A stretch of 64,000 nt of DNA from Octopus sinensis (Eukaryota), in assembly GCF_006345805.1 (NCBI RefSeq), contig NC_042997.1, positions 17,670,001-17,734,000 on the forward strand. The letters are read 5' to 3'. Every line of letters begins with the position of its first letter. The first letter of the stretch is position 1. Below, in pieces: positions 25,628-38,253 of the stretch. The position numbers and the translations under genes were made by a program. Under the pieces are notes generated by a model. The model was not told where the DNA came from and searched no databases. It was given only the letters and a program-made list of their open reading frames with translations.

Positions 25628-26228
25628 CATATGGGTACAGGACGTCACCAACTATAAACGACATGAAGTGCGAAAACAAACAACTTGGATACGCAAACAA
25701 GGAGAGAAATCCATTTTTCTCTCCTTCACCATTTTCTACCTGTGTATCTCTCTCCCTTCTTTCTCTTTTTCTGCTTTTCATTGCTCACACGTGACCATCG
25801 CCCATCTTTCTTTTCCTCATGTGATCAGCTTTTTTTTCCTACATGGATGTTCTAAGGACTGGACGTCTTCCATTTCTCTCTTCTATCTTTTCTCTTTTCA
25901 AAGAAAATATTTCTACCTGTGTTCACTACTTTCCCGTTGTTCTGGTCTAACAATCTTCCTTGTTTGTTTTTGTTTGGTTTCCTTGCATGTCTCCACTGTC
26001 CTGTTTTTGTTCCTAACTTTGACCCTCCAAAAATCCAAAGTTTTATTTTGGAAGTCACATTGTCGTTGAATGCTTGAAATTAGGAGTAGATAGACAGCTG
26101 ACAACTGATGATGAGTCGTTCTTTGTGTTACTTGTCCTGTTTTCCATTTTCTCTTGTTGTTTGCATATTCAACTTGTTTGTTTTCATACTTCATGCTGTT
26201 TACAGTTGGTGATGTCCTGTACCCATAT
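25628..26228. mobile_element. Inverted-repeat element with ~85-bp terminal arms starting ATATGGGTACAGGAC
   Basis: atatgggtacaggacgtcaccaactataaacgacatgaagtgcgaaaacaaacaac is mirrored by acttgtttgttttcatacttcatgctgtttacagttggtgatgtcctgtacccatat; pyrimidine-rich spacer. Confidence 0.85.
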
Positions 26229-26263
26229 ATGCATATACATATATATATAGGTATATCATTTTT

Positions 26264-26305
26264 TATTGTCATTTAATTGAACACTACACATCCATTTCCA
26301 AGTAA

Positions 26306-26355
<50 letters not shown>

Positions 26356-26410
26356 TATTTATATTGTCATTTAATTGAACACTACACATCCGTTTCCAAG
26401 TGAGTATATA
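26264..26410. repeat. ~47-bp direct repeat x2 separated by (TA)n
   Basis: tattgtcatttaattgaacactacacatcc(a/g)tttccaagt(a/g)agtatata occurs twice. Confidence 0.9.
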
Positions 26411-27859
26411 TATATAAACCCCACACACACATATATATAAACTGTTATAAGATGGACATTATTTGGAAAGAAATTAGATTTTAGAATTTGCAACAATTCT
26501 TAGAAATTATCAATATATGATAATTTCGCTTACTTTCTGTTTTTGATTTTCTTTTTCTCTTTTTTTCTTTTTGGCTTTCAAATCTTTTTTTCCTGGATTT
26601 GATCTGTTAACAAGTAGAGCTTGAAAATATTCATAGGGAATCGGTGCCTTGTTCAAAGACTTGGCAGAAAGATATTATTGAAATCCTTCACTTTCTGGTT
26701 GAATGCCAAGAGATGAAATTGTTATAGCAATTAAGATTCTTGGTGATATTCATCACTATAAACGGAGGATATGCCACACATATACAAAAAAAAAATTTGT
26801 TAAATTTATAGAACAAAATATTCTCTATATATGTATATATACACAAACACATTTATACGTGTGTCTTTACATATACACTAATATATAGATTTTTGTTCCA
26901 TGTATATATATATACACACACATATGCTTTAGCACACTTAAAGATAACACTGTAGTCTTTACACTTCCTTGCAACAGTGTCTGAGAACTTTTGAGTTTTA
27001 AATATGAAACATAAGCACACACATACATACTCATATATTTAGTATTAAAAAGAAATGGAGAATGTGTTGTTGCTCTCAGAAGAAATGTACCTAGACTTCC
27101 ATCAAGGTCAGAATTAAAGGTCAGCATTCTTAAATTAGAAAAGTACTTTAATGGATTGGCTAATTTGCATACTTGCAATTTTACCAGCTTGTCATTAATT
27201 AAATAATATTTACTTCATACTCAGCCCATCTTAAATCAGATGAAATGCAATAAAGCTAAATATTACAAAACCCCACTGTGAGTGAAATAAGAATGTAAGC
27301 ACATTCTTTCTTGTACATCAGTAGCTGAGAAAGAGATATTCAAATGGGAGAGTTTAATATCATCTAATCATTTCAATTCATGAAGCTTTGGTAGAAGATG
27401 CATACGTGATATGTACCCTGTTATCTACCATTTGCATAAAATATAGGTATTTTTAAACTGTGATAACTAAGTTACATAATTCATAACATCATGACATATT
27501 CATCACACACATACACATACACACACATAAATATATGTGTGTATGTGTGTGTGTGTGTGTGTGTGTGCATATATAGTTTTTTATTCTTTTATCCTTTTAC
27601 TTGTTTCAGTCATTTGACTGTGGTCATGCTGGAGAGAGAAAGGTATTATAGTGTAAAAGATAGAGGAATGGGGAGGTTTAAGAGATAGAGGAAAGACCAA
27701 TGTATAGTAGTATCTTCTAATTGTGAGGCAAAGATATGAAGAATTAAGGAAATAGCAGTTCAGTGTTTAGTAGTCTGAGAAAATATATATGTGAAGATGC
27801 ATATACATGTATACATCAGATAAGTTACATATACAATCCTTATTCACATGCGTATGCCC

Positions 27860-28215
27860 TACAAATGCATGGTCCTTAACCTATTACACAACGCTACAGC
27901 CATATACATAGAATCAACAAAGCATTTTAAGCAATGATATGCCACTCATCTCCACTCTTTTAGATGCGATAAACATAGTAAATCTACAACATTCACCAAC
28001 CACATACATCATCTCAAAAATGCAAATATACCCTATACCATATCATGGTCCATACTGGACTCAGGACTTCCCTGCCAAGGTCAACGCTCAATCTGCAAGC
28101 TTTGCCTGAAGGAGGCACTTCAAATATTAAAGCACAACTCTCCAACACTGCTTAATAAGCATAACGAGGCACTAAGCACATGCAACCACCGCTGTTACCA
28201 CACATTTAAATTCTA
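27860..28215 (+). pseudogene. GIY-YIG endonuclease C-terminal remnant of a PLE
   Basis: YKCMVLNLLHNATAIYIESTKHFKQ*YATHLHSF..HIHHLK..ISWSIL..CKLCLKEALQIL..LLNKHNEALSTCNH follows the VY-YIG..FKxRY..H..SF..CxLC..E..LNKR.E...CxH pattern. Confidence 0.8.
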
Positions 28216-29358
28216 CCACAAATTCAAATGCCAGAATGACCATACAGTACATTTCCGCAATAATTTTTAGGTAATCCCATTAAACTATAAATTTACACTC
28301 TAACTCATAATCCCTGTCTAGTTTCTCACATATACAACCATCTGATTATATTCATATGTACGAGCACACACCCATGTGTGTGTATATATGTATGAGTGAG
28401 GGTATGCAAATATGCATGCATGTGGGTATATGTAAACATATGTACACTTGCAAGGTATATATACCTGCATATGCAGGGGCAATGATACACGCAGATGAGT
28501 GTATAAGCGAACGTGTATGAGAGCATACGCATGCGAATAAGGATTGTATATGTAACTTATCTGATGTATACATGTATATGCATCTTCACATATATATTTT
28601 CTCAGACTACTAAACACTGAACTGCTATTTCCTTAATTCTTCATATCTTTGCCTCACAATTAGAAGATACTACTATACATTGGTCTTTCCTCTATCTCTT
28701 AAACCTCCCCATTCCTCTATCTTTTACACTATAATACCTTTCTCTCTCTATCCCCACTTCTACTTTCAAATTATCTCCACTGACCACTGACTGATCTATA
28801 CCTTAATTTTTCTTTTTTCGTTTTTCTTTATTCTCTTTATTCATATCTTCAGGATTTTTATTCTTTATTTTTTAATTTTTTTTATTATTTTGTTATTTTT
28901 ACTAATCTTCTCTCTCCTTTCTCTTTTATTCTTTTGTTCTCTCCTCTTTTTCACTTTTTTTTCTCTTTATTTCATTCCTCTCTTCCTGTTTTCAATGTAA
29001 CCATACTAATACACTCCCTATTTCTAGGTCATTTTAAATATAAACCTTGACTCTACAACACTGTATATAAATTCCCTACTGGGAATGACCAAGTTTAAAA
29101 ATCTGCTGGATCTCACTCATAATGGAATCTTACATTGCTTATAAACTCTATATTTGGAAGGACTCATATTAAACTCTGTTGGACTTTTGGATTTTACTCA
29201 AAGGATATTGGAATATTGCATATATACCATTATTCCTATAAAGTGGATTTACAAATTCAATACCCATACATATCTTACATCTATTTTCTTTCCTCCACCT
29301 CACTCTCTATTTTGTATCACATCGAAACTAACTATGACTTAATTTTTCCTCTCACACC

Positions 29359-29410
29359 GTCTCCGATGAAGGGATATTATTAATTAATATCCTAGAAACA
29401 GCTGTAAGAC
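29359..29410 (+). ncRNA. Minimal type-I hammerhead ribozyme (one core variant)
   Basis: gtct-CCGATGA-ag-ggatatt-attaatt-aatatcc-ta-GAAA-cagctg-TA-agac: stem I gtct/agac, 7-bp stem II, palindromic stem III. Confidence 0.75.
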
Positions 29411-29669
29411 CTTCTATCTATAAATGCTCTAATATCTATACAGCCTTGGTTTTTTATCTTATTATGCAAAAAATTCTTATATACACACGCTGACATAGAA
29501 CCAACGTTGAACCCTTTATTCGTAATATTACCAAATCTGGAACTTAACTATGGTCTGTCTATAGCATTTATTCAGCATTACCTGACACCTTTGGGTCTCA
29601 ATGACAATGACACCATTATCTCTTATATATATATATATATATACACACGTGTGTGTGTGTGTTTATGTG

Positions 29670-29897
29670 AGTATATCCTGTGTCTGTGTGTGTTCCTACC
29701 ATTGCTTCACAACTGATGTTGGTATGTTTATGTCCCTGTAACTTTGTGGTTTGGCAAAAGTTGCTAATAGAATAAATACTAGGCTGACAAAAAATAAGAC
29801 CCAGGGGCGATTTCTTCAACTAAAATCCTTTACAGCAGTGCTCCAGCATGGCCACAGTCAAATGACTGAAACAAGTAAAAGGATAAAGAATAAAAAA
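29670..29897 (+). mobile_element. SINE 3' half
   Basis: Matches the tail of the 21362 SINE (gtgctccagcatggccacagtcaaatgactgaaacaagtaaaa). Confidence 0.85.
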
Positions 29898-30292
29898 CTA
29901 TATATGCACACACACACACACACATATATACGCATATATTTATGTGTTATGATGTCATGAATTATGTAACTTAGTTATCACAGTTACGCAAATGTAATAG
30001 GTAGAACTATATACAGATCTGACTCATGCAGACGTCCCCGTATATAGTTCTACAAATTATATTTGTATGGACGGTCACACTGAAGTTCTCCGGTCAATTG
30101 TGTAAGTAAAATTACGTTATCTGTTAATAGTGAAACATGTATGGGAATAATCTGTATTTTGTTACTTTTCGTTTGTCTTGCTCACTTACATTCTAGTGTT
30201 TGCTAAATTTTTCTTGAGAACATTTGTTAGTGGTAAGACCATAGTGGATCTACTTCTAGCATAAGGGTTGTCCAAAAAATGGTCATCCCTCT

Positions 30293-30297
30293 CATAT

Positions 30298-30364
<67 letters not shown>

Positions 30365-30410
30365 TATATATGTATATATATATATACACACACATATATA
30401 CATACATATG
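30293..30410. repeat. (TA)n microsatellite
   Basis: Direct reading. Confidence 0.95.
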
Positions 30411-30539
30411 TATACATGGTAGTGTATGAAAAACCTAGGTTCCATAACATATTATAAACACAGAAATAAATTTATGCACATGAAAAAAACTCAGCATTTC
30501 ATTTGCAAATGTGTTCTATTGATTGTTTGCAACTGCAAT

Positions 30540-31118
30540 TCAAAAGCCATGGGTAGTAATGTACTTGTTTGTTCTTGTCATCCATTTTTACTTGAAATGA
30601 TATGGCTTCAACTTCAGACTTTTCAACTCCTGTTGGCATGACCTCATACTTCTGAGAGATTACTGTGCCAATTTATATCCTGATTTCTTTGTACTTCTGA
30701 GTAAACGTTTGGCAAATATTCTCAATAACTTCCAGCTTTCAAACTGTAGGATTTCTTTGTTATGGAGTGTTGTGCACTGACCCCATAGAGTGCCATTTCT
30801 TAACCAACATTTGTATCATTCTCTTTGCAAGTAAAGCCTTACCGAAAAACTTGATTTCAAAAGTTTTGTGCATTTGCTTAACAGAACCCATTCTCACATA
30901 TGCTTCCACAATCTCCCACTCTTTTTGCTATTGAGTGTGCCATCTGGAAGAAATGGTTAGAGATGTTCCATCAATGCAGTTTTACAGTCAACTAAAGTGG
31001 TGAATATGTGGTGAGGATAATGTAGCATACTAGTGTGTCATCGTTGTACTGAAGTTACAAGCAGTCAAAATAACACAATGTCACTTATAGGTGAAAGGCT
31101 GGGTGCCTTTTTGTGTAT
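30540..31118 (-). mobile_element. Tc1-like transposon 5' remnant (same family as 7030-7418)
   Basis: With one frameshift: MAHSIAKRV/EIVEAYVRMGSVKQMHKTFEIKF..MIQMLVKKWHSMGSVHN, an HTH-type transposase N-terminus; TIR-like gggtgcctttttgtgta at ~31100. Confidence 0.6.
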
Positions 31119-31439
31119 GTAAATATATTGCTGTATCTACACTATACAACAGAATTAGGGCTACTTTATCATGTATATATATATATAATTTTTTTTTTCT
31201 GGTGAAGGCTGGTTTATGGGCTTACCCTGAGTTTCCCGTCCATAAAGGGTTTAACTTTATAGCGTATCATCAGACTCCAAGACCTGATGGCCTAAGACCT
31301 CTTTAAAATATGGAGGGGCAAAATCTCAATACAAAAGCAAATATAAACAAGAGGATTAGGGCTATCAACTTCCGGCTGTACTGCCATCATTCAGCTATTA
31401 CATTCAGATATAAGAGAACAAAGTGTACGTACGCTGCTA

Positions 31440-31486
<47 letters not shown>

Positions 31487-31491
31487 ATACA

Positions 31492-32285
31492 CCCAAAATT
31501 AGCTGTGGAGGAGGATGATCTGAGCATGTAGCTTCTTGAATAAGAATGAGCTGAGCAAAGTTCAGAGAGCTTCTGCAACTGTTGGTAACAAAGAACCTCT
31601 TTGTCAGAGTGAAAGTCAGATTGTATGATGGCCGTGTGCGAACAGCTATGCTACATGACAGTGAAACATGGGCTGTGACTGCAGAGGACATGGAAAGGCT
31701 TGAAAGTAATGAAGCTAGTATGCTCCACTGGATGGGCAATGTCAGTGTGCGCATATGGTAGAGTGTAAGTGAAAAATTGTGTACAAGAAGCATCAGATGT
31801 AGTGTGCAAGGGAAAAGACTGTAATGGTATGGTCGTGTGATGCATATAGACAAGGACAGTTGCATAAAGAAGTGCTGATCTCTAACTGTGGAGTGAACCT
31901 GTGGAAGACGTAGACTCGGGAAGATGTGGGACGAGGTGGTGAAATATGAACTTTAGATGTTGAGTCTCATGGCAGTGATGACAAGTGATTGAGACTTTTG
32001 GTGATTTGCTGTACTTGTCAAGCTAAGTGAAATTGCCAGTGACACATAACAGACCTGTGCCAGTGATAGAAGCACCCATACCATGTAAGAAGCATCTGTG
32101 CCAGTGACATGAAAATAAACACCCATTTCACTGTGGAGTAGTTGATGTGAGGACGGACATCCAGCAGTCGAAACCAAGCCCAAACAGACTAGAACCTGGT
32201 GCAGCTCTCTACTTTACCAGCCTCAGTCAGACCATCTTACCCATGCCAGCATGGAAAACGGATACTAAATAATGAAAATGATGGT
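31492..32285 (+). mobile_element. 5'-truncated RTE LINE
   Basis: gcaaagttcagagagc..gaaacatgggctgtgactgcagaggacatg, homologous to 14826-14960; tail acccatgccagcatggaaaacgg. Confidence 0.88.
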
Positions 32286-32299
32286 ATATATATATATAT

Positions 32300-32645
32300 A
32301 AATGTGGTGCTCCACCTTTAGTCGAGCAAATTGACCCCAGGACTTATTCTTTATAAGCCTAGTACATATTCTATTGGTCTATTTTGCTGAACCACTAAGT
32401 TGCAGGGGCATAAACACAACCAGCATCGGTTTTCAAGCAATGTTTGGGGGGACAAACACAGATACACAAACACACACACACACACGACAGGCTTCTTTCA
32501 GTTTCTGTCTACCAAATCCACTCACAAGGCTTTGGTTGGCCCAAGGCTATAGTAGAAGACACTTGCCCAAGGTGCATCGCAATGGGACTGAACCCAGAAC
32601 CTTGTGGTTGGTAAGCAAGCTACTTACCACACAGTCACTCCTGCA

Positions 32646-32648
<3 letters not shown>
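32300..32648 (-). mobile_element. tRNA-derived SINE
   Basis: Minus-strand head ggtgcaggagtgactgtgtggtaagtagcttgcttaccaacc; body and tail as at 21362. Confidence 0.88.
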
Positions 32649-32707
<59 letters not shown>

Positions 32708-32897
32708 TATATGAATATAAATATGTATGTATATCACGCATACACACAGATACCAACCATTCTTCACGCTCTCCAGTCCCAGAAAGCACTTTCTCTTTGT
32801 CCATCTACTTCCGGCCATTCGAAAATGTAACTACACATGGACAGTTGGCAATTTTTTCCCACCTTCTTCCTTTTCTTTTGGACTTTCATGCATCTCT

Positions 32898-32936
32898 TGT
32901 TTCTGAAGAAGAACTTTGCTTTGATACATAAAACAA
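32898..32936 (+). ncRNA. Degenerate minimal hammerhead motif in a PLE-tail-like fragment (~32750-33030)
   Basis: ttgttt-CTGAAGA-agaactttgcttt-GATA(for GAAA)-ca-TA-aaacaa; 6-bp stem I. Confidence 0.5.
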
Positions 32937-34959
32937 CCACTCTTTCTTTTCTTCTCTGAGTGTCTTATTAATACTTTGCATGTACCACATACTTGTGTTG
33001 TTTTTTCTTGTTGCCATTTTTCTCCATTTTTAAAAAGCAAATATTAAGAAAAACTAAATGAGGTGCTCATTAATATCATAGGCCTTACATTAACATTACA
33101 TGCTGGGTCATTGGCTGGGCCATCTTTACAGTATTATAGACCAACTGCTTGGTGTTCTTGGACCTTAAGATAGCATTGGTCCTTGGTGAGCACATTCTTC
33201 CATTTTATGAGAATGAAAGCTGTTGTCTTTAAGGAAATGGAAACTATGAAAAAGAAAGAGAGGAATTGAACCCCAGCAATTGATGGTACTTTATTTTACC
33301 AACCCTAGAAGAATAAGTGGGAGAGTTGGCCTCAGTAAAATTTGAGCATAGAATGCAAAGAGCTGGAGAAAATACTGCATGCTACTTTGCCAATGCTTTA
33401 ATAATTCTACCACCTGACTACCCTAGTAGCAAGCTAGACAAGAATGAAATAAAATATTAATAAGACAACAATATAGTTTTTATTGCAAAAGCAAAGGAAT
33501 AAAAAAAATGGAAATTCAAAATTACATTAAAACAATTACGAGACAGAGTTGAATATAATAAAATACAGCTGAAAATTTTGATGTTTTTACCAAAATACTC
33601 TAAAGTGAGTATTAAATTTTCCCTGAATTAATAGCAAGCAAGTAATAATAAAATAATAAAATAAGAAACTTTGAAATATATAAAGCTGAATATATGAAGT
33701 TATATATAAAGCTGAAATAGTGCAAATGAGAACAAAGAAAGATTAATAGAAGCGTAACAGGATGAATTGAGAACCAAAGATATAAAAGATCAAGCAAGAA
33801 AGGCAAAATAGCACGTTACAGAAATACCACAACAAGCATATATACTGCTGCCCATGCCAAAAGAGAGAATACATTTAAAATATGAGTAAACTTTTTATAT
33901 ATATATTGTAGAAAAACTGCTACAGGGACCAACTTTTGATGTAGCCCTATGTATATTTGAGTGAGATGAATTAATACTGTCATTTATAAATAACTTTCAT
34001 ATCAAAGCATGATTTTTAAGTATATGCATCTGTGAAAAATCCTCACATTTTTTTCTAGCTTTGTGAAAAAATCAAAATCAATAAGAACTATGGAAATATC
34101 AAAATTCTAGATTTTTCTATGGATCTCACTATTATTTTTGCATAATTCAGTCACTAAAAATAAAACTTTATAAATTGTATATGGAAAATAAAAATGAGTT
34201 TTTGTCATTAAATATTAAAATTTGGTAGGTAACGGGAAACACTTTAAAATTTGTATACCACGTTATATGTTTGATCTCCCTGACGTACTGGGTAGGTTCA
34301 GATATTCTAAATATACATAAACATATAATGCATAATTATGTGCATGTGCTGACACACATCCATACATATACACATACGTATGTACACATATACACATACA
34401 TATATATACATATACATACACACACTCACACATACTCACACATATACACACATAAGTATATGTATTTATGTGTGTATTATAATACAGTAGATAAATGCTA
34501 CTAGCTTTACCTTTACTTTAAGTTCCATGTAAAATAGATGTGATCTGAATGAAGATTTTTTCTCCTGAAATACATACTTGTATGCATGCATACATACATG
34601 CATACATACATGCATACACACATGCATACATACATACATACATACATACATACATACATACATACATACATACATACATGCTTATGTAGATGCAGATATG
34701 ACTGTGTGGTTAAGAAGTTCACTTTGGAACCATGTGGCATGGATGCAGCTGGCTGGTGTTCTGTACACTAGCCATGAGTTGACCAATACCATGTGAGTAA
34801 AATTTGGTAAATAGAACTTGAAGAAGTCTGTTGTATATTCATATATGTGTATGTGTGTGTGCGTGCACAAGCTCGTGTGCGTGCACATGCGTGTGTGTGT
34901 GGGTGTGCATGTGTATGTATGTATATATGTATATATGTATGTACAACACAATATATACA

Positions 34960-35001
<42 letters not shown>

Positions 35002-35099
35002 CATACATATATATATATACATGTATATATATTAGAGGAAAAAGAAGAAGAAAAACCAAGGCAAGATGAGTATCTCGAGTCATTTAGAATATTTAATTA

Positions 35100-35967
35100 G
35101 AGTAAGGTGAATTTTAGGTAATTGATTAATCAATTAGTTAATTAATTAATTAATTAATTATTGGGTGCTTTACAGCTGTTTCTGGGATATCTCAAGTGAT
35201 GAGTTAGCATCTCCATACACTGGGTATTTCATCATCAGAGACAAGGTGTCTATGTATGAAAGTTCTAGACAGGGAATTATAAAAGAATAAAATAGCAGAT
35301 AGAATAATAAAGAGTAAAAGAGTAGATAGAAGAATACAGGCAGGAGAATAAAGTTCACAGCCCATCATTATTATGTATGAACTTTATTATGCATGAACTT
35401 TATTCTCCTATCTATTCATATGTCTATGATCTCTATGACCAAGTGGGATTGTAGCATAAAGCTTCCTCTGAGTGGGAGGAAGCTTTATGTTGTGGAATGA
35501 GGGGTTAAAGTAAGAGAAAAGGGATCAGGATAGAATAGGTTTCTTGCTGTAGAGATCTTCACAATATAGAAGATATGGTGTGTGTGGTTGTAGTGGAACT
35601 GAAAGAAGATACAAATGGTGGTGATGAGGTGTGGGACTGGACCATCAAGATATGAGATAAGTAGAAATGAGTGGGAACTGAGAGAGGGTTAGAGATGAGA
35701 TGAACAATGGGTGAAAGAGTAAATATTATAAGTAACAGGTGTTGAGAGATGATAAATACAGAAAGTAGGGAAGAGTAGGCAACAAAAATTTACCTCAAAT
35801 CTCTTACGTAAGTGGGAGTAGGGGAGAGGAGTTGACTGACCATGTAGAAAAGGGGGTAAATAATAGAAGGAGGAAGTGTAGCAGAATAGTACCAATAATA
35901 ATGACAGTATACAAGGAAAGAAACTTATGAGTGTAGAGAGAGTAGGGGAGATGTATGGTGGTGGAGG

Positions 35968-35970
<3 letters not shown>
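35100..35970 (-). mobile_element. PLE pseudo-LTR/tail fragment
   Basis: Pyrimidine-rich on the minus strand, like 28680-29000, and carries a related HHR (GAAA-cagctg-TA). Confidence 0.55.
35166..35243 (-). ncRNA. Hammerhead ribozyme motif with long stem II region
   Basis: tgtct-CTGATGA-..gatatccca-GAAA-cagctg-TA-aagca; intact core, degenerate stems. Confidence 0.62.
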
Positions 35971-36024
<54 letters not shown>

Positions 36025-36042
36025 TGAGAGAAAGCAAGAGAA

Positions 36043-36104
<62 letters not shown>

Positions 36105-37337
36105 AACTCTGGTACATGCCTGATAAATACATATACTGTTACATATTCATATTCACTGTCACATATCCATTATTTTTGATAAAGTACCAAAGTAGTGAAA
36201 AGTTAATGTGGTTAGCAACAGAACTAGTATTCAAAAGTTTAAAATTCACTATATCAATTATCTTCTACTCCAGAGTAGTGTACTTGTGTTTGTTTCAAGG
36301 GTGGGTGCTTGTTTTCTGGTTACAATTATGTTAAGTGAATATGAAAGCAAATCTTTCCCTGAATAGAATATTAGTCAATAGCAGGTATATTCCTCACCGA
36401 AAGATTTGAACTCAGCTGTATAAGTAAAAAAAGAAAAAAAACATTCATTATGATACAGCTTACATCATTGCAACATACAGTCCTGCATGCTATCTTGAGC
36501 TAGTAGACTTAGCCATTAAAAATTAAGTGGATTCATGTAATGAGAGTGACACAAGACAAAGTGTCAACCTCTTAGGAAATCATTCTGATACTGCATTGAC
36601 TTGCTGAAAATAAAGGAAACATCTGCTGTGAAATATGATAATTAATTAAATTGGATCAAAGTTTTTATGTATTAATTCAACTTAATGATTATACTGACTT
36701 AGCACCTATTAATGTTTAACAATGTTCTACTTATAAACTATTAGAACATGGGTTATGCTTCCAATGACCAATAGAATTCTCACTGATAAAGAACCAGCAT
36801 TATTGTATTCAAAGTGAATATCAGCATTCAGAAATGATTTATGATTATGAAAGCTAAGTGATATTCAGTCAAATAATAACCAGTCTGCTGCTAATCAAAT
36901 TAACTTTCACTGTATGTGTTAGAGAGACTCCACTGTTACTGAATATGAATGAGCCAGACAGAACAACATATTTATCTCTCTATTCGCTTCTTATAGATTT
37001 GTTTCAATCATTTAATCCATAAATAAGTAATGACCCATTAAGTGTACAGTAAATCAGAAAATAAATATTGCTTGAATGAGATGTTTTGCAATTGTTTTTT
37101 TTTTTTAGGATGAAACAGGAACTGTATAATAGCTCAATGTAGACTCAAAGAATAATAAGGGTCTTAGGAGAATTTACTGTGAACTGGTAAAATCTCTAGA
37201 CATTTGATATTTTGGTGCTATTGTTGTCTAGCAAACCATGATAAATAATTTTACCTTGTGGTAGAATGTAGTCATCTGTTTTCCTGCAGTTATTCAGATA
37301 GTTTAATTGAGCAATAAACATTCTAGATGTTGTTGTG

Positions 37338-38253
37338 CGAGGTGGTATCAAAGAATTCCTGGACAGGTTATGTTTAATAAACAATCACTTATTTATATAA
37401 GTTTTAACATAATCTCCTTTGAAATAGTCATCTTGTGTAGCAATACACTGGTTCCAGCATTCCTGTCACTTTTAGAATCTGGCCTGGAAGTAATTTTCCA
37501 TAAGCAAGTCAAGGGTCTTCTGCAATTCACTCTGAATCATGACAACAGTGTTAAAATAGTGACCTTTGAGCTGTCTTTTCATCTTGGGGAAGAGATGGAA
37601 GCCTGCAGGTGCTAAATCTGTTGAATTGGGTCGGTGCAGAAGCAATACTATGTTTTTGATGAGAAACTCATGAGTGAGGAGAGCTTGGTGATAGGGTACA
37701 GTGTTGCTGTAAAGAATTCATTTCTTTGCGCTCCATAGATCCGATCACGTTTGACGAATTTCCTCCCTCAAATGCTTCAAAACATTGCAGTAGAATTCTT
37801 GATTGATCTGATCCTGGGGGACAAATTCTCAATGCACAATACCACACTCCCAGGGGTGACGCTCATTGTATATTTTCCAGATTGCACATCATCTTCCAGG
37901 AACCTTCTTCCACTTTTGAAGCATCTGTGCCATTCAAAATATTGTGTACAATCCATTTAACTTGTTACTGTAAGCTTGCCAAAGCATGCTCAATGTCTCT
38001 TGTAGCAGACTTCCTAAATTTAATGCAAAATATTATGTTGGCTCTTTGTTCCTATCCATAACAAAACTGCAGACTACAGCATCCAAGTGATCACAAAAAC
38101 ACAAATTTCACATCTTACGAAGTAAACACACTGATGTCAATCGGCACACTGCCTCATGAAGGTCACTGCTAGCTCTCACTGTGCATGCAACCATGTGCTG
38201 CCATCTGTTGGCACACTATGGAACTAGTCCAGGAACATTTTGATACCATCTTG
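37338..38253 (-). mobile_element. Internally deleted mariner element with both TIRs
   Basis: TIRs cgaggtggtatcaaagaattcctggac / gtccaggaacattttgataccatcttg; minus-strand PNSTDLAPAGFHLFPKMKRQLKG..WNQCIATQDDYFKGD (YSPDLAPxD motif). Confidence 0.88.

Larger units (their letters stand above)
27633..29620 (+). mobile_element. 5'-truncated Penelope-like element (Naiad-type GIY-YIG) with inverted partial pseudo-LTR
   Basis: Inverted repeat 27633-27857 / 28523-28748; GIY-YIG remnant between the arms; HHR at 29359; 3' boundary approximate. Confidence 0.82.

Noticed and set aside
26060-26125. Type II/III hammerhead from GAAA..TA..CTGATGA (also 2585-2625)
   Set aside because: Stems I and III could not be paired in the required register.
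27930-27940. In-frame TGA in the Naiad-type GIY-YIG as possible selenocysteine
   Set aside because: It falls at the conserved Arg of FKxRY, so CGA>TGA CpG decay is the simpler explanation; Sec would be expected at Cys positions.
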